This document shows positions 1-7,925 of a stretch of DNA of 44,456 nucleotides, one piece after another. The position numbers were made by a program, and so were the translations under genes. A model generated the notes under the pieces. It saw only the letters and a program-made list of their open reading frames with translations. It ran no database searches and had not been told where the DNA came from. This DNA comes from Flavobacteriales bacterium. Lineage in GTDB: Bacteria; Bacteroidota; Bacteroidia; Flavobacteriales_F; PHOS-HE28. Every line of letters begins with the position of its first letter. Within the stretch, counting starts at the first letter, position 1. The DNA is taken from positions 1 to 44,456 of the forward strand of contig JAHBUM010000002.1 in NCBI GenBank assembly GCA_019638075.1. The letters are read 5' to 3'.

Positions 1-434
1 GGGCCGAAGTGTTTCGCGGCCGCACCTGTCAGCACCTTCAGGTCTTCGCCATCAACGGCCAATGCCTGCAAGGCTTTCACCGCTTCGGGCTTGGGTGCTT
101 CGGCCAGCAGCACGGCATGTACGTGTTTGCCTTCGGCCTTCTTCGGGAAGGGATCATGCTTCACCACGGCATCCCATTCCGCCACCGTGGGAACGAAGAT
201 GGGCCGCTCGTAGTTGAACTTCTTCCGGCAGATCTCCGCCACCTTCGCGTGTGTCTCCTCCCGCGAAAGCGCGCTCCGCACCAGCGCGTTGCCGCTGTTG
301 ATGTAGGTGGTGGTATCCTTGAAACCGGCCTTGGTGAGCGCTGCGCGCAGTTCGGCCACGGGCAGTTGCACGGGGCCTCCCACGCCACGGAAGAGGAGGA
401 GGTAGGTGGTGAGGCCGGAGCTGGTGGGTGGCAT
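1..434 (-). CDS. DUF1697 family protein (C-terminal part lies outside the window)
   Basis: Absent from the ORF track because it runs off the left edge. Manual minus-strand translation from the ATG at 434 gives MPPTSSGLTTYLLLFRGVGGPVQLPVAELRAALTKAGFKDTTTYINSGNALVRSALSREETHAKVAEICRKKFNYERPIFVPTVAEWDAVV... This matches the DUF1697 pattern (LLRG-x-GG...L..al...Gf..v.TYi.SGN.vf). Confidence 0.7.
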   Translation of the reverse strand, partial: MPPTSSGLTTYLLLFRGVGGPVQLPVAELRAALTKAGFKDTTTYINSGNALVRSALSREETHAKVAEICRKKFNYERPIFVPTVAEWDAVVKHDPFPKKAEGKHVHAVLLAEAPKPEAVKALQALAVDGEDLKVLTGAAAKHFG

Positions 435-610
435 GAGCGGATGGGTCGTTGTTGGGACGGACAAAGGTCGCCATCGGGTAGGCGGTGGCCGTAGCGGAGC
501 TTTCATAGGGCAAAGTCCCCGGCCCAAGCACCGCCCGGAATGCCACATCGCCCCACCCGCACCGCCTCCCAACCGCTCATCCCATTTATTCCCACTACAA
601 AATGATCGTA

Positions 611-653
611 TTCTGCAACCTTTTATATATTTGCCCCGTTGCAAAACGCAACT
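611..653 (+). promoter_or_regulatory. Promoter -7 box TATATTTG (626-633) flanked by TGCAAC / GTTGCA..GCAAC repeats (candidate MarR operator)
   Basis: Perfect Bacteroidota -7 consensus TAnnTTTG lies 26 nt upstream of the ATG at 660. TGCAAC at 614-619 and the inverted repeat GTTGC-aaaac-GCAAC at 638-652 bracket it, as expected for an autoregulated MarR promoter. Confidence 0.5.
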
Positions 654-659
654 ATTGAC

Positions 660-1103
660 ATGAGCGCATCAACCGACGAGCTGGCCCGGGTACTTCCCAT
701 CATGTTCCGCAGCGTGGTCCGCCTGATGGCCGTGGACCTCGACGCCACCGACACGGGCCTGCGGCTGCCCCAATTCGGCATCCTCGACTTCCTCCTCACC
801 AACAGCGAGGCCGTGCAGACCGACCTGGCCAACCACTTCGCCAAGGACAAGAGCGCGATGCTCCGGCAGCTCGATGAGATGGAGAAGGTCGGCTGGATCG
901 AGCGGCAGATGGACCCCAACGACCGGCGCCGCAAGAACCTGGTGGTGACCAAGAGCGGCCTGGAGACCTACAAGAAGGTATCGAAGATCCGGGCCAGGGT
1001 CTTCGCCCGCGTGCTCGAAGGGGTGAGCGAGAAGGACGTTTCCACCTGCCTGGCCGTATTGAACACCATGAACGACAAAGCCAACAGCGGCGACGCGAAA
1101 TGA
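660..1103 (+). CDS. MarR family transcriptional regulator
   Basis: Tracked ORF 639..1103 starts at TTG inside the promoter/operator, so ATG 660 (MSASTDELARVL...) is more plausible. Winged-helix MarR pattern: LRLPQFGILDFLL...VQTDLANHFAKDKSAMLRQLDEMEKVGWIERQMDPNDRRRKNLVVTKSG. The stop overlaps the tolC start (ATGA). Confidence 0.85.
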   Translation: MSASTDELARVLPIMFRSVVRLMAVDLDATDTGLRLPQFGILDFLLTNSEAVQTDLANHFAKDKSAMLRQLDEMEKVGWIERQMDPNDRRRKNLVVTKSGLETYKKVSKIRARVFARVLEGVSEKDVSTCLAVLNTMNDKANSGDAK

Positions 1104-2422
1104 AACGCCTTCTTCCCTTCATCGCTGTGCTGGCGGCCGTCAACGCCCACGCGCAGCAGGCGTTCACCCTGCGCCAGGCCATCGACTATGGCCGCAGCCA
1201 CAGCCCGCAGATGGCCATTGCCGCCAACGATCAGCGCAAGGCCGATGCCATGGCGCAGGAAGCTGTTGCTGGCTACCTGCCACAGGTCAATGGCAGCGGA
1301 CAGCTGGACGACAACCTGAAGCGGCAGACGACGATCCTGCCCGCCGGTACGTTCGGTCCCGAGCCCGTGGCCGTGCAGTTCGGCACACAGTTCATCACCA
1401 CGTTGAACGTGCAGGCCGAACAAACGCTGATCGACGTGGCGCAACTCAACGGCATCCAGGCCAACAAGCCGAACCTCGCCATGGCCGGTATCAAGGTGAA
1501 GCAGGCCGAGGAGCAGGTGGTGTACGATGTGGCCAAGGCCTACGCGCAGGCGCAGACCTACCATGCGCAGGTGCTGCTGCTGGAGGAGAACCTGAAGCAG
1601 TACGATGAGCTGGTGCCCATCCTGAAGCTCCGCTTGGAGAAAGGCGTGGCGCAGCAACTGGACCTCGACCGCGTGGAGGTGACGCAACGCAACATCCGCT
1701 CGCAGCTCACGGTGGCGCAGGCCAACCACGAGGTGGCGGTGGCGCAGCTGAAACGCGCGATGGGCATGCCGATGCAGGAAGGGCTGGTCGTGGCCGATCG
1801 GGTGCGTCCGGCCGATGACATGCGCCAGCCCAGCGCCACGCCCTTCGCATTGAGCAACCTGCTCGGCTTCAAATACAACGAGCAATCGGTGCTGCTGTAC
1901 GGCATCGACGTGAAGCGCAAACGCAACGCGTGGCTGCCCACATTGAGCGCCTACGGCCGCTACGGTGCCATGGCGCAGGGCAACGACCTCGGCCACAGCT
2001 ACGACAACTGGTTCGACTACGCGGCCATCGGCCTGAAGCTGAACGTGCCCCTGTTCAGTGGGCTGCGGCGCAGCAGCCAGCTCAAACAGAGCGAGATCGC
2101 GCTGGACAATCTGCGCGAGCAGCAGCGCAGCGCGAACCTCGGTTTCGAGCTGGACTACCGCAGCGCCGACACCCGCCTGCTCGCCAGCACCAGCACCGTG
2201 GCGAACGATGAAGGCAACCTGAAGCTGGCCGAGCGCGTGTTCGCCAACACCAATCTGCAATACCAGCAGGGCACCGCCACGCTGAGCGACCTGCTCAACG
2301 CCGATTACCAACTGAAGGAGGCCCGGAACAACTGGACCACTTCAGTGCTGAACCGCTCGGTGGCCGTGCTGGACGTGGAGAAGGCCAAGGGCACCCTGCT
2401 CGATTACGTGAACACGCTCTGA
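1100..2422 (+). CDS. TolC family outer-membrane efflux protein
   Basis: 440 aa. Signal peptide MKRLLPFIAVLAAVNAHAQQ and two internally repeated coiled-coil/beta halves typical of OEP/TolC (LTLRQAIDYGRSHSPQM..., LNVPLFSGLRRSSQLKQSEIALDN...). Positioned between MarR and the MFP gene. Confidence 0.9.
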   Translation: MKRLLPFIAVLAAVNAHAQQAFTLRQAIDYGRSHSPQMAIAANDQRKADAMAQEAVAGYLPQVNGSGQLDDNLKRQTTILPAGTFGPEPVAVQFGTQFITTLNVQAEQTLIDVAQLNGIQANKPNLAMAGIKVKQAEEQVVYDVAKAYAQAQTYHAQVLLLEENLKQYDELVPILKLRLEKGVAQQLDLDRVEVTQRNIRSQLTVAQANHEVAVAQLKRAMGMPMQEGLVVADRVRPADDMRQPSATPFALSNLLGFKYNEQSVLLYGIDVKRKRNAWLPTLSAYGRYGAMAQGNDLGHSYDNWFDYAAIGLKLNVPLFSGLRRSSQLKQSEIALDNLREQQRSANLGFELDYRSADTRLLASTSTVANDEGNLKLAERVFANTNLQYQQGTATLSDLLNADYQLKEARNNWTTSVLNRSVAVLDVEKAKGTLLDYVNTL

Positions 2423-2458
2423 CCGCAACAAGAACAAGACGCTACTGCGATACTGCTT

Positions 2459-3547
2459 ATGAAACGCAACTGGATCCTGCCCATCGTACTGGTCGTACTG
2501 GCCCTCGGCATCGGCCTGCGGCTGGCCGGCAACAAGAAGAAGCTCGATGCGGCGAAACAGCCCATCGACCGCAGCGGCTTCGCCATTCCCGTGAACGTGA
2601 TCGTCGCGGCCATCGCGCCGGTGGAAGGCGGCTTCTCCGTGCCCGGCACACTGGAGCCGTACGACCACGCCAAGGTGATGGTGCAATCGCAGGGCAAGCT
2701 CGCCAGCCTGCACGTGGACCTCGGCTCGCGCGTGGCGAAGGGGCAGGTGCTGGGCAGCCTCGATGTGGCACAGAAGCAATTGGAACTACAGGCCGCCGAG
2801 CTTTCGTTGGAGAAGCTGCGCAAGGACGAGCAGCGCTACCGCGAGCTGGTGGCGGGCAAGGCCGCGCCCGAGGCCAACTACGATGATGTGCGCTTCAACT
2901 TCGAGACGCAGCAGGTGAAGGTGGACCAGATCCGCCAGCAGCTCCGCGATGCACAGGTGATCAGTCCGGTGGGCGGCACCGTGGTGGCGAAGAACGTGGA
3001 GGTGGGCGAATACGTGGGCGCCAACACCGCCGTGGTGGAAGTGGTGGACGTGAGCCGCCTGAAGGCGCGGGTGCAGGTGAGCGAGCATGATGCCTACCGC
3101 CTGAAGGAGGGCGATGCCGTGGCGATCACCAGCGCAGTGTTCCCCGGCGAGACCTTCGATGGCCGCGTGACCTTCGTGAGCCCGCGCGGCGATGCCAGCC
3201 ACAACTACCTCGTGGAAGTGGCGTTGCAGAACGATAGAACGCATCCGCTGAAGAGCGGCACCTTCATCAACGCGCGGTTCGACACGGGATCCGGCGTGCC
3301 CATGCTCACGATCCCCAAGAACGCGCTGGCCGAAGGCATGAAGGAACCCTACGTGTACGTGGTGCAGGGCGCCGGCGATGATGCGCGCGCGCAACGCCGC
3401 GAGCTGGTGCTGGGCCGCGAGGCCGGGGAGCGCGTGGAAGTGCTGAAAGGTCTGGCGCCGGATGAGACCGTGGTGGTGAGCGGTCAGTTGAATCTGGTGG
3501 AGGGAAGCAGGGTACGGGTGAATGCGGGCGATCAGACAATTAGATGA
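2459..3547 (+). CDS. Efflux RND transporter periplasmic adaptor (MFP/HlyD family)
   Basis: 362 aa. N-terminal TM anchor, then lipoyl / alpha-hairpin / beta-barrel pattern (GTLEPYDHAKVMVQSQGKLASLHVDLGSRVAKGQVLGSLD ... VISPVGGTVVAKNVEVGEYV). Confidence 0.9.
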   Translation: MKRNWILPIVLVVLALGIGLRLAGNKKKLDAAKQPIDRSGFAIPVNVIVAAIAPVEGGFSVPGTLEPYDHAKVMVQSQGKLASLHVDLGSRVAKGQVLGSLDVAQKQLELQAAELSLEKLRKDEQRYRELVAGKAAPEANYDDVRFNFETQQVKVDQIRQQLRDAQVISPVGGTVVAKNVEVGEYVGANTAVVEVVDVSRLKARVQVSEHDAYRLKEGDAVAITSAVFPGETFDGRVTFVSPRGDASHNYLVEVALQNDRTHPLKSGTFINARFDTGSGVPMLTIPKNALAEGMKEPYVYVVQGAGDDARAQRRELVLGREAGERVEVLKGLAPDETVVVSGQLNLVEGSRVRVNAGDQTIR

Positions 3548-3574
3548 TCAGAAGATCAGACGATCAGATGATCC
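3530..3574 (+). repeat. Tandem octamer repeat GATCAGAN (about 5 copies) spanning the MFP stop codon
   Basis: GATCAGAcaatta-GATGATCAGAA-GATCAGAC-GATCAGAT-GATCC. The same word GATCAGAAG recurs at 4628-4636 and, reverse-complemented, twice at 33812-33828. Confidence 0.8.
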
Positions 3575-3628
3575 CCGGAACGAACACCCGCATTCGATCC
3601 GCCGTGGTGCGCAAGGCCCGGCCGCACA

Positions 3629-3636
3629 TACATTTA
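3629..3636 (+). promoter_or_regulatory. Candidate -7 promoter box TACATTTA just upstream of the riboswitch
   Basis: 7/8 match to TAnnTTTG, ending 5 nt before the first aptamer nucleotide, so a transcript would start at the aptamer 5' end. Confidence 0.4.
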
Positions 3637-3640
3637 CCGC

Positions 3641-3697
3641 ACAGGAAATGGGGTCTTCCTGAACCAACCGCCGCAGTGGCTGATGACTCCTGTTCAC
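3641..3697 (+). promoter_or_regulatory. Fluoride riboswitch (crcB motif RNA)
   Basis: ACAGGAAAUGGGGUCUUCCUGAACCAACCGCCGCAGUGGCUGAUGACUCCUGUUC. Local stem AGGAA/UUCCU (3643-3647 / 3656-3660) with loop AUGGGGUC. Conserved AACCGCC, a short second stem GCC..GGC and conserved GCUGAUGA. The 3' GACUCC (3685-3690) complements loop GGGGUC (3650-3655) to form the pseudoknot. By eye it aligns to the published Pseudomonas syringae and Bacillus cereus fluoride aptamers. It lies 17 nt upstream of crcB. Confidence 0.85.
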
Positions 3698-3713
3698 TTA
3701 AGGTCTATCGGCC

Positions 3714-4097
3714 ATGAACAGGATGTGGATCATAGTCGGCTTGGGCGGTTTCATCGGCGGCGCTGCGCGTCACTTCTGGATGACTTGGGGCACGCGCCTT
3801 TCCATCGGTGCGTTCCCGTGGGCGCTGATGGGCCTGAACGTGCTGGGCAGCCTCGCGATCGGCGCGGTGTTCGGCCTGTCGCAGCGGTACCAATGGTTCA
3901 CGCCCGAATGGAGGCTCTTACTCGGCGCGGGCGTGTGCGGCGGCTTCACCACGTTCTCCGCCTTCAGCCTTGAAACGGTGCAGTTGCTGCAACGCGGCGA
4001 GACCATGCAGGCCGCGCTCTTCGCGCTGGGCAGCGTGGCGCTGTGCGTCATCGGCACGGGCATCGGGCTTTACCTCACTTCAACACATCCGGCATGA
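3714..4097 (+). CDS. crcB: Fluoride ion channel CrcB/FluC
   Basis: 127 aa, 4 TM. Family signatures GGFIGGAARH, LGLNVLGSLAIG, CGGFTTFSAFSLE. Confidence 0.95.
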   Translation: MNRMWIIVGLGGFIGGAARHFWMTWGTRLSIGAFPWALMGLNVLGSLAIGAVFGLSQRYQWFTPEWRLLLGAGVCGGFTTFSAFSLETVQLLQRGETMQAALFALGSVALCVIGTGIGLYLTSTHPA

Positions 4098-4651
4098 AAC
4101 ATCCATGGCACCACGTGGCGACGGGCGAACGAGCGCCGGAGCGCGTACACGCGATCATCGAGATCCCCAAGGGGAGCCAAGGCAAGTACGAACTGCACAA
4201 GGAAAGCGGCCTGCTGATGCTGGACCGCGTGCTCTTCAGCGCGGTGCATTACCCGGCCAATTACGGCTTCATCCCGCGCACCTATTGCGACGACAACGAC
4301 CCGTTGGACATCATGGTGCTCACGAGCCTTACGCTGCCGCATCTCTGTCTGGTGGAGGCCACGGTGATCGGCGTGATGCGCATGGTGGACCAAGGCGAGG
4401 CCGACGACAAGATCATCGCCGTGGCGACGCATGATGAGAGCGTGAACCACATCACGGACATCGCCCAGCTGCCCGCCCACACCACGTTGCAGATGCGCCG
4501 CTTCTTCGAGGATTACAAGAAGCTGGAGCACAAGGAGGTGGTGGTGGAGCATTTCCTCGGCCGTGAAGAGGCACTGCAGATCGTGAAGGAGAGCATGGAG
4601 TTGTACGAGACGGTGTTCGGAGGGGAGGATCAGAAGGACAGAAGTGAATAG
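4094..4651 (+). CDS. ppa: Inorganic pyrophosphatase, family I
   Basis: Tracked ORF 4043..4651 trimmed to MKHPWHHV at 4094, whose ATG overlaps the crcB TGA (ATGA). Family I PPase pattern: VHAIIEIPKGSQGKYELHKESGLLMLDRVLFSAVHYPANYGFIPRTYCDDNDPLDIMVL...DDKIIAV. The last ~10 codons (GGEDQKDRSE) are encoded by a GATCAGA-type repeat. Confidence 0.92.
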   Translation: MKHPWHHVATGERAPERVHAIIEIPKGSQGKYELHKESGLLMLDRVLFSAVHYPANYGFIPRTYCDDNDPLDIMVLTSLTLPHLCLVEATVIGVMRMVDQGEADDKIIAVATHDESVNHITDIAQLPAHTTLQMRRFFEDYKKLEHKEVVVEHFLGREEALQIVKESMELYETVFGGEDQKDRSE

Positions 4652-4716
4652 CGAATGGTCATTGGCGAATGGGCGGCTCCGCATTCCCATTCACCACCTC
4701 CCATTCACCATTCACC
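4628..4716. repeat. Word-periodic hairpin element (GATCAGAAG words, then GAATG / CATTC heptamers)
   Basis: GATCAGAAG-GACAGAAG, then heptamers GTGAATA-GCGAATG-GTCATTG-GCGAATG (4644-4671). After a spacer come the complementary heptamers GCATTCC-CATTCAC-CACCTCC-CATTCAC-CATTCAC (4681-4715). GAATGGG 4667-4673 pairs with CCCATTC 4686-4692. Confidence 0.75.
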
Positions 4717-4732
4717 TAAAGGAACAACAACA

Positions 4733-7700
4733 ATGAGCATTACAGAAGTCGCCATCAAACGGCCGTTGCTGATCACGGTGATCTTCACCACATTGATCCT
4801 GTTCGGCTTCCTGAGCTACAAGCAGCTCAACTACAACCTGCTGCCGAAGTTCGAGGCGAACGTGCTGATGGTGCAGACCACGTACCGGGGCGCGTCGCCC
4901 GAGGAGGTGCAGAACACGCTGACGAAGCCGATGGAGGATGCGGTGAGCGCGATCGAGGGTGTGGACCAGATCGCGAGCACGAGCATGGAGGGCGTGTCGG
5001 CGATCACCGTTACGCTGAAGCAGGGCACGAAGGTGAACGATGCGCAGCGCGATGCCGAGCGCCGCATCGACATGATCCGCGCGACGCTGCCCGAGGATGC
5101 CGACGATCCGGTGGTGCGCCGTTTCAGCACGGACGAGATGCCGATCCTGCGCCTGAGCATCCGCAGCCACCTTTCGCCCGGCGACCTGTACGAGCTGCTG
5201 GACGACCGCGTGGCACCGATGGTGAGCAACGTGAGCGGCGTGGGCAGCGTGACGCTGATCGGCGCGCAGCAGCGCGAGATACACGTGACGATGGACAACG
5301 ACCGGCTGAAGGCCTACGGCATTAGCCCGGCGCAGGTGGCGCAGGCGGTGGCGGCGAACAGCAGCACGTTCCCGGCGGGCAATGTGGAGGGCGGCGCCGA
5401 CCGCCTTTCGATCAGCCTGGAGGCGCGCGCGGCCGATGTGGAGGCGCTGCGCCATACGGTGGTGCGCGAGAACAGCGACGGTTCGCGGATCCTGCTGAAG
5501 GATGTGGCGGGCGTGACGGACGGGCTGAGCGAGGCCACGACCTTCAGCCGGATCAACGGTCAGCCGGGGATCGGCATGCAGATCGTGAAGCAGACCGACG
5601 CCAACGCGGTGGAGGTGAGCAGGGGCGTGAAGGCGCGGCTGGCGCAGTTGAAGGAGGAGCTGGCGGACACCGGTTTCGACTACAGCATCGCGATCGACCA
5701 GAGCACGTACACGCTGAGCAGCGCCAACGCGGTGATGTTCGACCTGATGCTCGCGGTGCTGATCGTGGGCGGCGTGATGCTGCTGTTCCTGCACAGCCTG
5801 CGCAGCTCGTTCTTCGTGCTGGTGGCGCTGCCCAGCGCGATGATCCCCACGTTCATCCTCATGTACGCGCTCGGGTTCTCGCTGAACCTGATGACGCTGA
5901 TGGCGCTCTCGCTGGTGGTGGGCATCCTCGTGGACGACAGCATCGTGGTGCTCGAGAACATCTACCGCCACCTGGAGATGGGCAAGACGCGCTGGACGGC
6001 CGCGCTGGAAGGCCGGAACGAGATCGGCTTCACGGCCATGGCGATCACGCTGGTGGACGTGGTGGTGTTCCTGCCGCTGTCGATGGCGGGCGGGCTGATC
6101 GGGAACATCCTGCGCGAGTTCTCGCTGGTGGTGGTGATCAGCACGTTGATGAGCTTGGTGGTGGCCTTCACGCTGACGCCGCTGCTGGCCTCGCGCTGGG
6201 GCAAGTTGGAGCACCTGCGGAAGGATACGCTGTGGGGCCGCTTCGGGCTGGCCTTCGAGCGCGCGGTGGACACGTTGCAGGCGTGGTACGGGCGCGCGCT
6301 GGAGAAGGCGCTGCGCCGCAAGCGGTACGTGATCCTCGCGGTGATGGCGCTGATCATCGCGGCGTTCGCGCTGGTGCCCGCGGGCTTCATCGGGGCCACC
6401 TTCATGGCGCAGGGCGATCGCGGCGAGTTCCTCGTGCAGCTGGAGACCGCGCCGCAATCGTCGTTGGCCGTGACCGATCAACTGACGCAGCAGGCCGAGC
6501 GCATCATCCTCGCGCATCCCGAAGTGGTGGACGCCTTCACCAACGTGGGCACGCAGAGCGGGCAGATGGGCACCGGGTCGGCCAACGCGAACCTGAGCGA
6601 GATCAACGTGAAGCTGGCGCCGAAGAAGGAGCGCACCATCAGCTCGGAACAGTTCGGCACGTTGCTGCGCGACGAGCTGGGCGCGATCGCCGGGCTGAAG
6701 GTTTCGGTGACGCAGACGAACATAACCGGTAGCGCGCAGACGCCCATCCAGATCGCCGTGAAGGGCGTGGAGATGGACAGCCTGTGGAAGGCGGCGCGCA
6801 TGGTGAAGCGCATCACCGAGGGCACGCCCGGCACGGATTACGTGCAGTTCAGCACGAAGAGCCCGAAGCCCGAGGTGCGCGTGCGCTTGGATCAGGACCG
6901 CATGGGCGCGCTGGGCTTCACCAGCACCGATGTGGGCATGGCGGTGCAGACGGCCTTCCGTGGCAACGACCGCAACAAGTACAAGGAGGGCGGCGAGGAG
7001 TACCCGATCAACGTGCGGCTGGACCGCGCCGACCGTCAGGATGTGGAGAGCGTGCGCGGCCTGATGGTGACCAACGCGAAGGGCGCCACCGTACGCCTCG
7101 ATCAGCTCGCCGATGTGTACGAGACGGTGGCGAGCAGCGTGCTTCAGCGCACCGACCGGCTGAACAGCATAACGGTGAACAGCGCGGTGGTGGGCCGCCC
7201 GAGCGGCACGATCGTGGCGGAGATCCAAGCGGCGCTGGCGAAGGAGCGGATGCCTGCGGGCATCACGGTCCAATACCTCGGCGATGCGAAGAACCAAGGC
7301 GATGCGTTCGGTTCGCTGGGCATCGCGCTGGTGCTGGGTATCCTGCTGGTGTACCTGATCATGGTGGCGCTGTACGAGAACGCGCTGTATCCCTTCGTGG
7401 TGCTGTTCTCCATCCCGGTGTCGCTGGTGGGCGCGTTCCTCGCGCTGGCGCTGACGATGCAGCCCTTGAGCGTGTTCGCGATCGTGGGCCTGATCATGCT
7501 GCTGGGCCTCGTGAGCAAGAACGGCATCCTGATCGTGGACTTCGCGAACCACCTGCGCGCCGAGGGCATGGGGCTGGTGGAGGCGCTGGTGGAGGCGGGC
7601 CGCGAGCGTCTGCGCCCGATCCTGATGACGACTGTAGCGATGATCTTCGGCATGCTGCCCATCGCGCTGGCCAGCGGCGATGGTGCCGAGGTGAAGAACG

Positions 7701-7870
7701 GCATGGCGTGGGTGATCATCGGCGGGCTTACGAGCTCGCTGGTGCTGACGCTGTTCATCGTGCCGGTGATGTATTACATCATGACGCGGTTGATGGAGCG
7801 CGTGGGGGGCAAACGGTTCAGCAGGAAGCGGAAGTTGGTGGTCGCCGCCGCCCAAGGCTTCGGCGACTGA
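4733..7870 (+). CDS. RND efflux pump inner-membrane permease (AcrB/HAE1-like)
   Basis: Tracked ORF 4655..7870 trimmed to MSITEVAIKRPLLITVIFTTLILFG (ATG 4733); the upstream extension is repeat-encoded. About 1045 aa, 12-TM ACR_tran pattern throughout. Confidence 0.95.
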   Translation: MSITEVAIKRPLLITVIFTTLILFGFLSYKQLNYNLLPKFEANVLMVQTTYRGASPEEVQNTLTKPMEDAVSAIEGVDQIASTSMEGVSAITVTLKQGTKVNDAQRDAERRIDMIRATLPEDADDPVVRRFSTDEMPILRLSIRSHLSPGDLYELLDDRVAPMVSNVSGVGSVTLIGAQQREIHVTMDNDRLKAYGISPAQVAQAVAANSSTFPAGNVEGGADRLSISLEARAADVEALRHTVVRENSDGSRILLKDVAGVTDGLSEATTFSRINGQPGIGMQIVKQTDANAVEVSRGVKARLAQLKEELADTGFDYSIAIDQSTYTLSSANAVMFDLMLAVLIVGGVMLLFLHSLRSSFFVLVALPSAMIPTFILMYALGFSLNLMTLMALSLVVGILVDDSIVVLENIYRHLEMGKTRWTAALEGRNEIGFTAMAITLVDVVVFLPLSMAGGLIGNILREFSLVVVISTLMSLVVAFTLTPLLASRWGKLEHLRKDTLWGRFGLAFERAVDTLQAWYGRALEKALRRKRYVILAVMALIIAAFALVPAGFIGATFMAQGDRGEFLVQLETAPQSSLAVTDQLTQQAERIILAHPEVVDAFTNVGTQSGQMGTGSANANLSEINVKLAPKKERTISSEQFGTLLRDELGAIAGLKVSVTQTNITGSAQTPIQIAVKGVEMDSLWKAARMVKRITEGTPGTDYVQFSTKSPKPEVRVRLDQDRMGALGFTSTDVGMAVQTAFRGNDRNKYKEGGEEYPINVRLDRADRQDVESVRGLMVTNAKGATVRLDQLADVYETVASSVLQRTDRLNSITVNSAVVGRPSGTIVAEIQAALAKERMPAGITVQYLGDAKNQGDAFGSLGIALVLGILLVYLIMVALYENALYPFVVLFSIPVSLVGAFLALALTMQPLSVFAIVGLIMLLGLVSKNGILIVDFANHLRAEGMGLVEALVEAGRERLRPILMTTVAMIFGMLPIALASGDGAEVKNGMAWVIIGGLTSSLVLTLFIVPVMYYIMTRLMERVGGKRFSRKRKLVVAAAQGFGD

Positions 7871-7925
7871 AAAGCAGCGTATGCGAACTGGTATGCCAAC
7901 TGAAGGGTGATGTGCGTGAGCCCAC

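Noticed and set aside
3530-3574. Possible CRISPR array. The same question applies to the other tandem word arrays, for example 27903-27937 and 28225-28252.
   Set aside because: The units are 7-8 nt and directly abutting, with no spacers, and there are no cas genes. They are micro-tandem repeats forming hairpin arms, not CRISPR.
3683-3973. 96-aa ORF starting inside the fluoride aptamer and overlapping crcB out of frame.
   Set aside because: The start codon is the conserved GCUGAUGA of the riboswitch, and the product is Arg/His-rich nonsense. crcB in the other frame has full family signatures.
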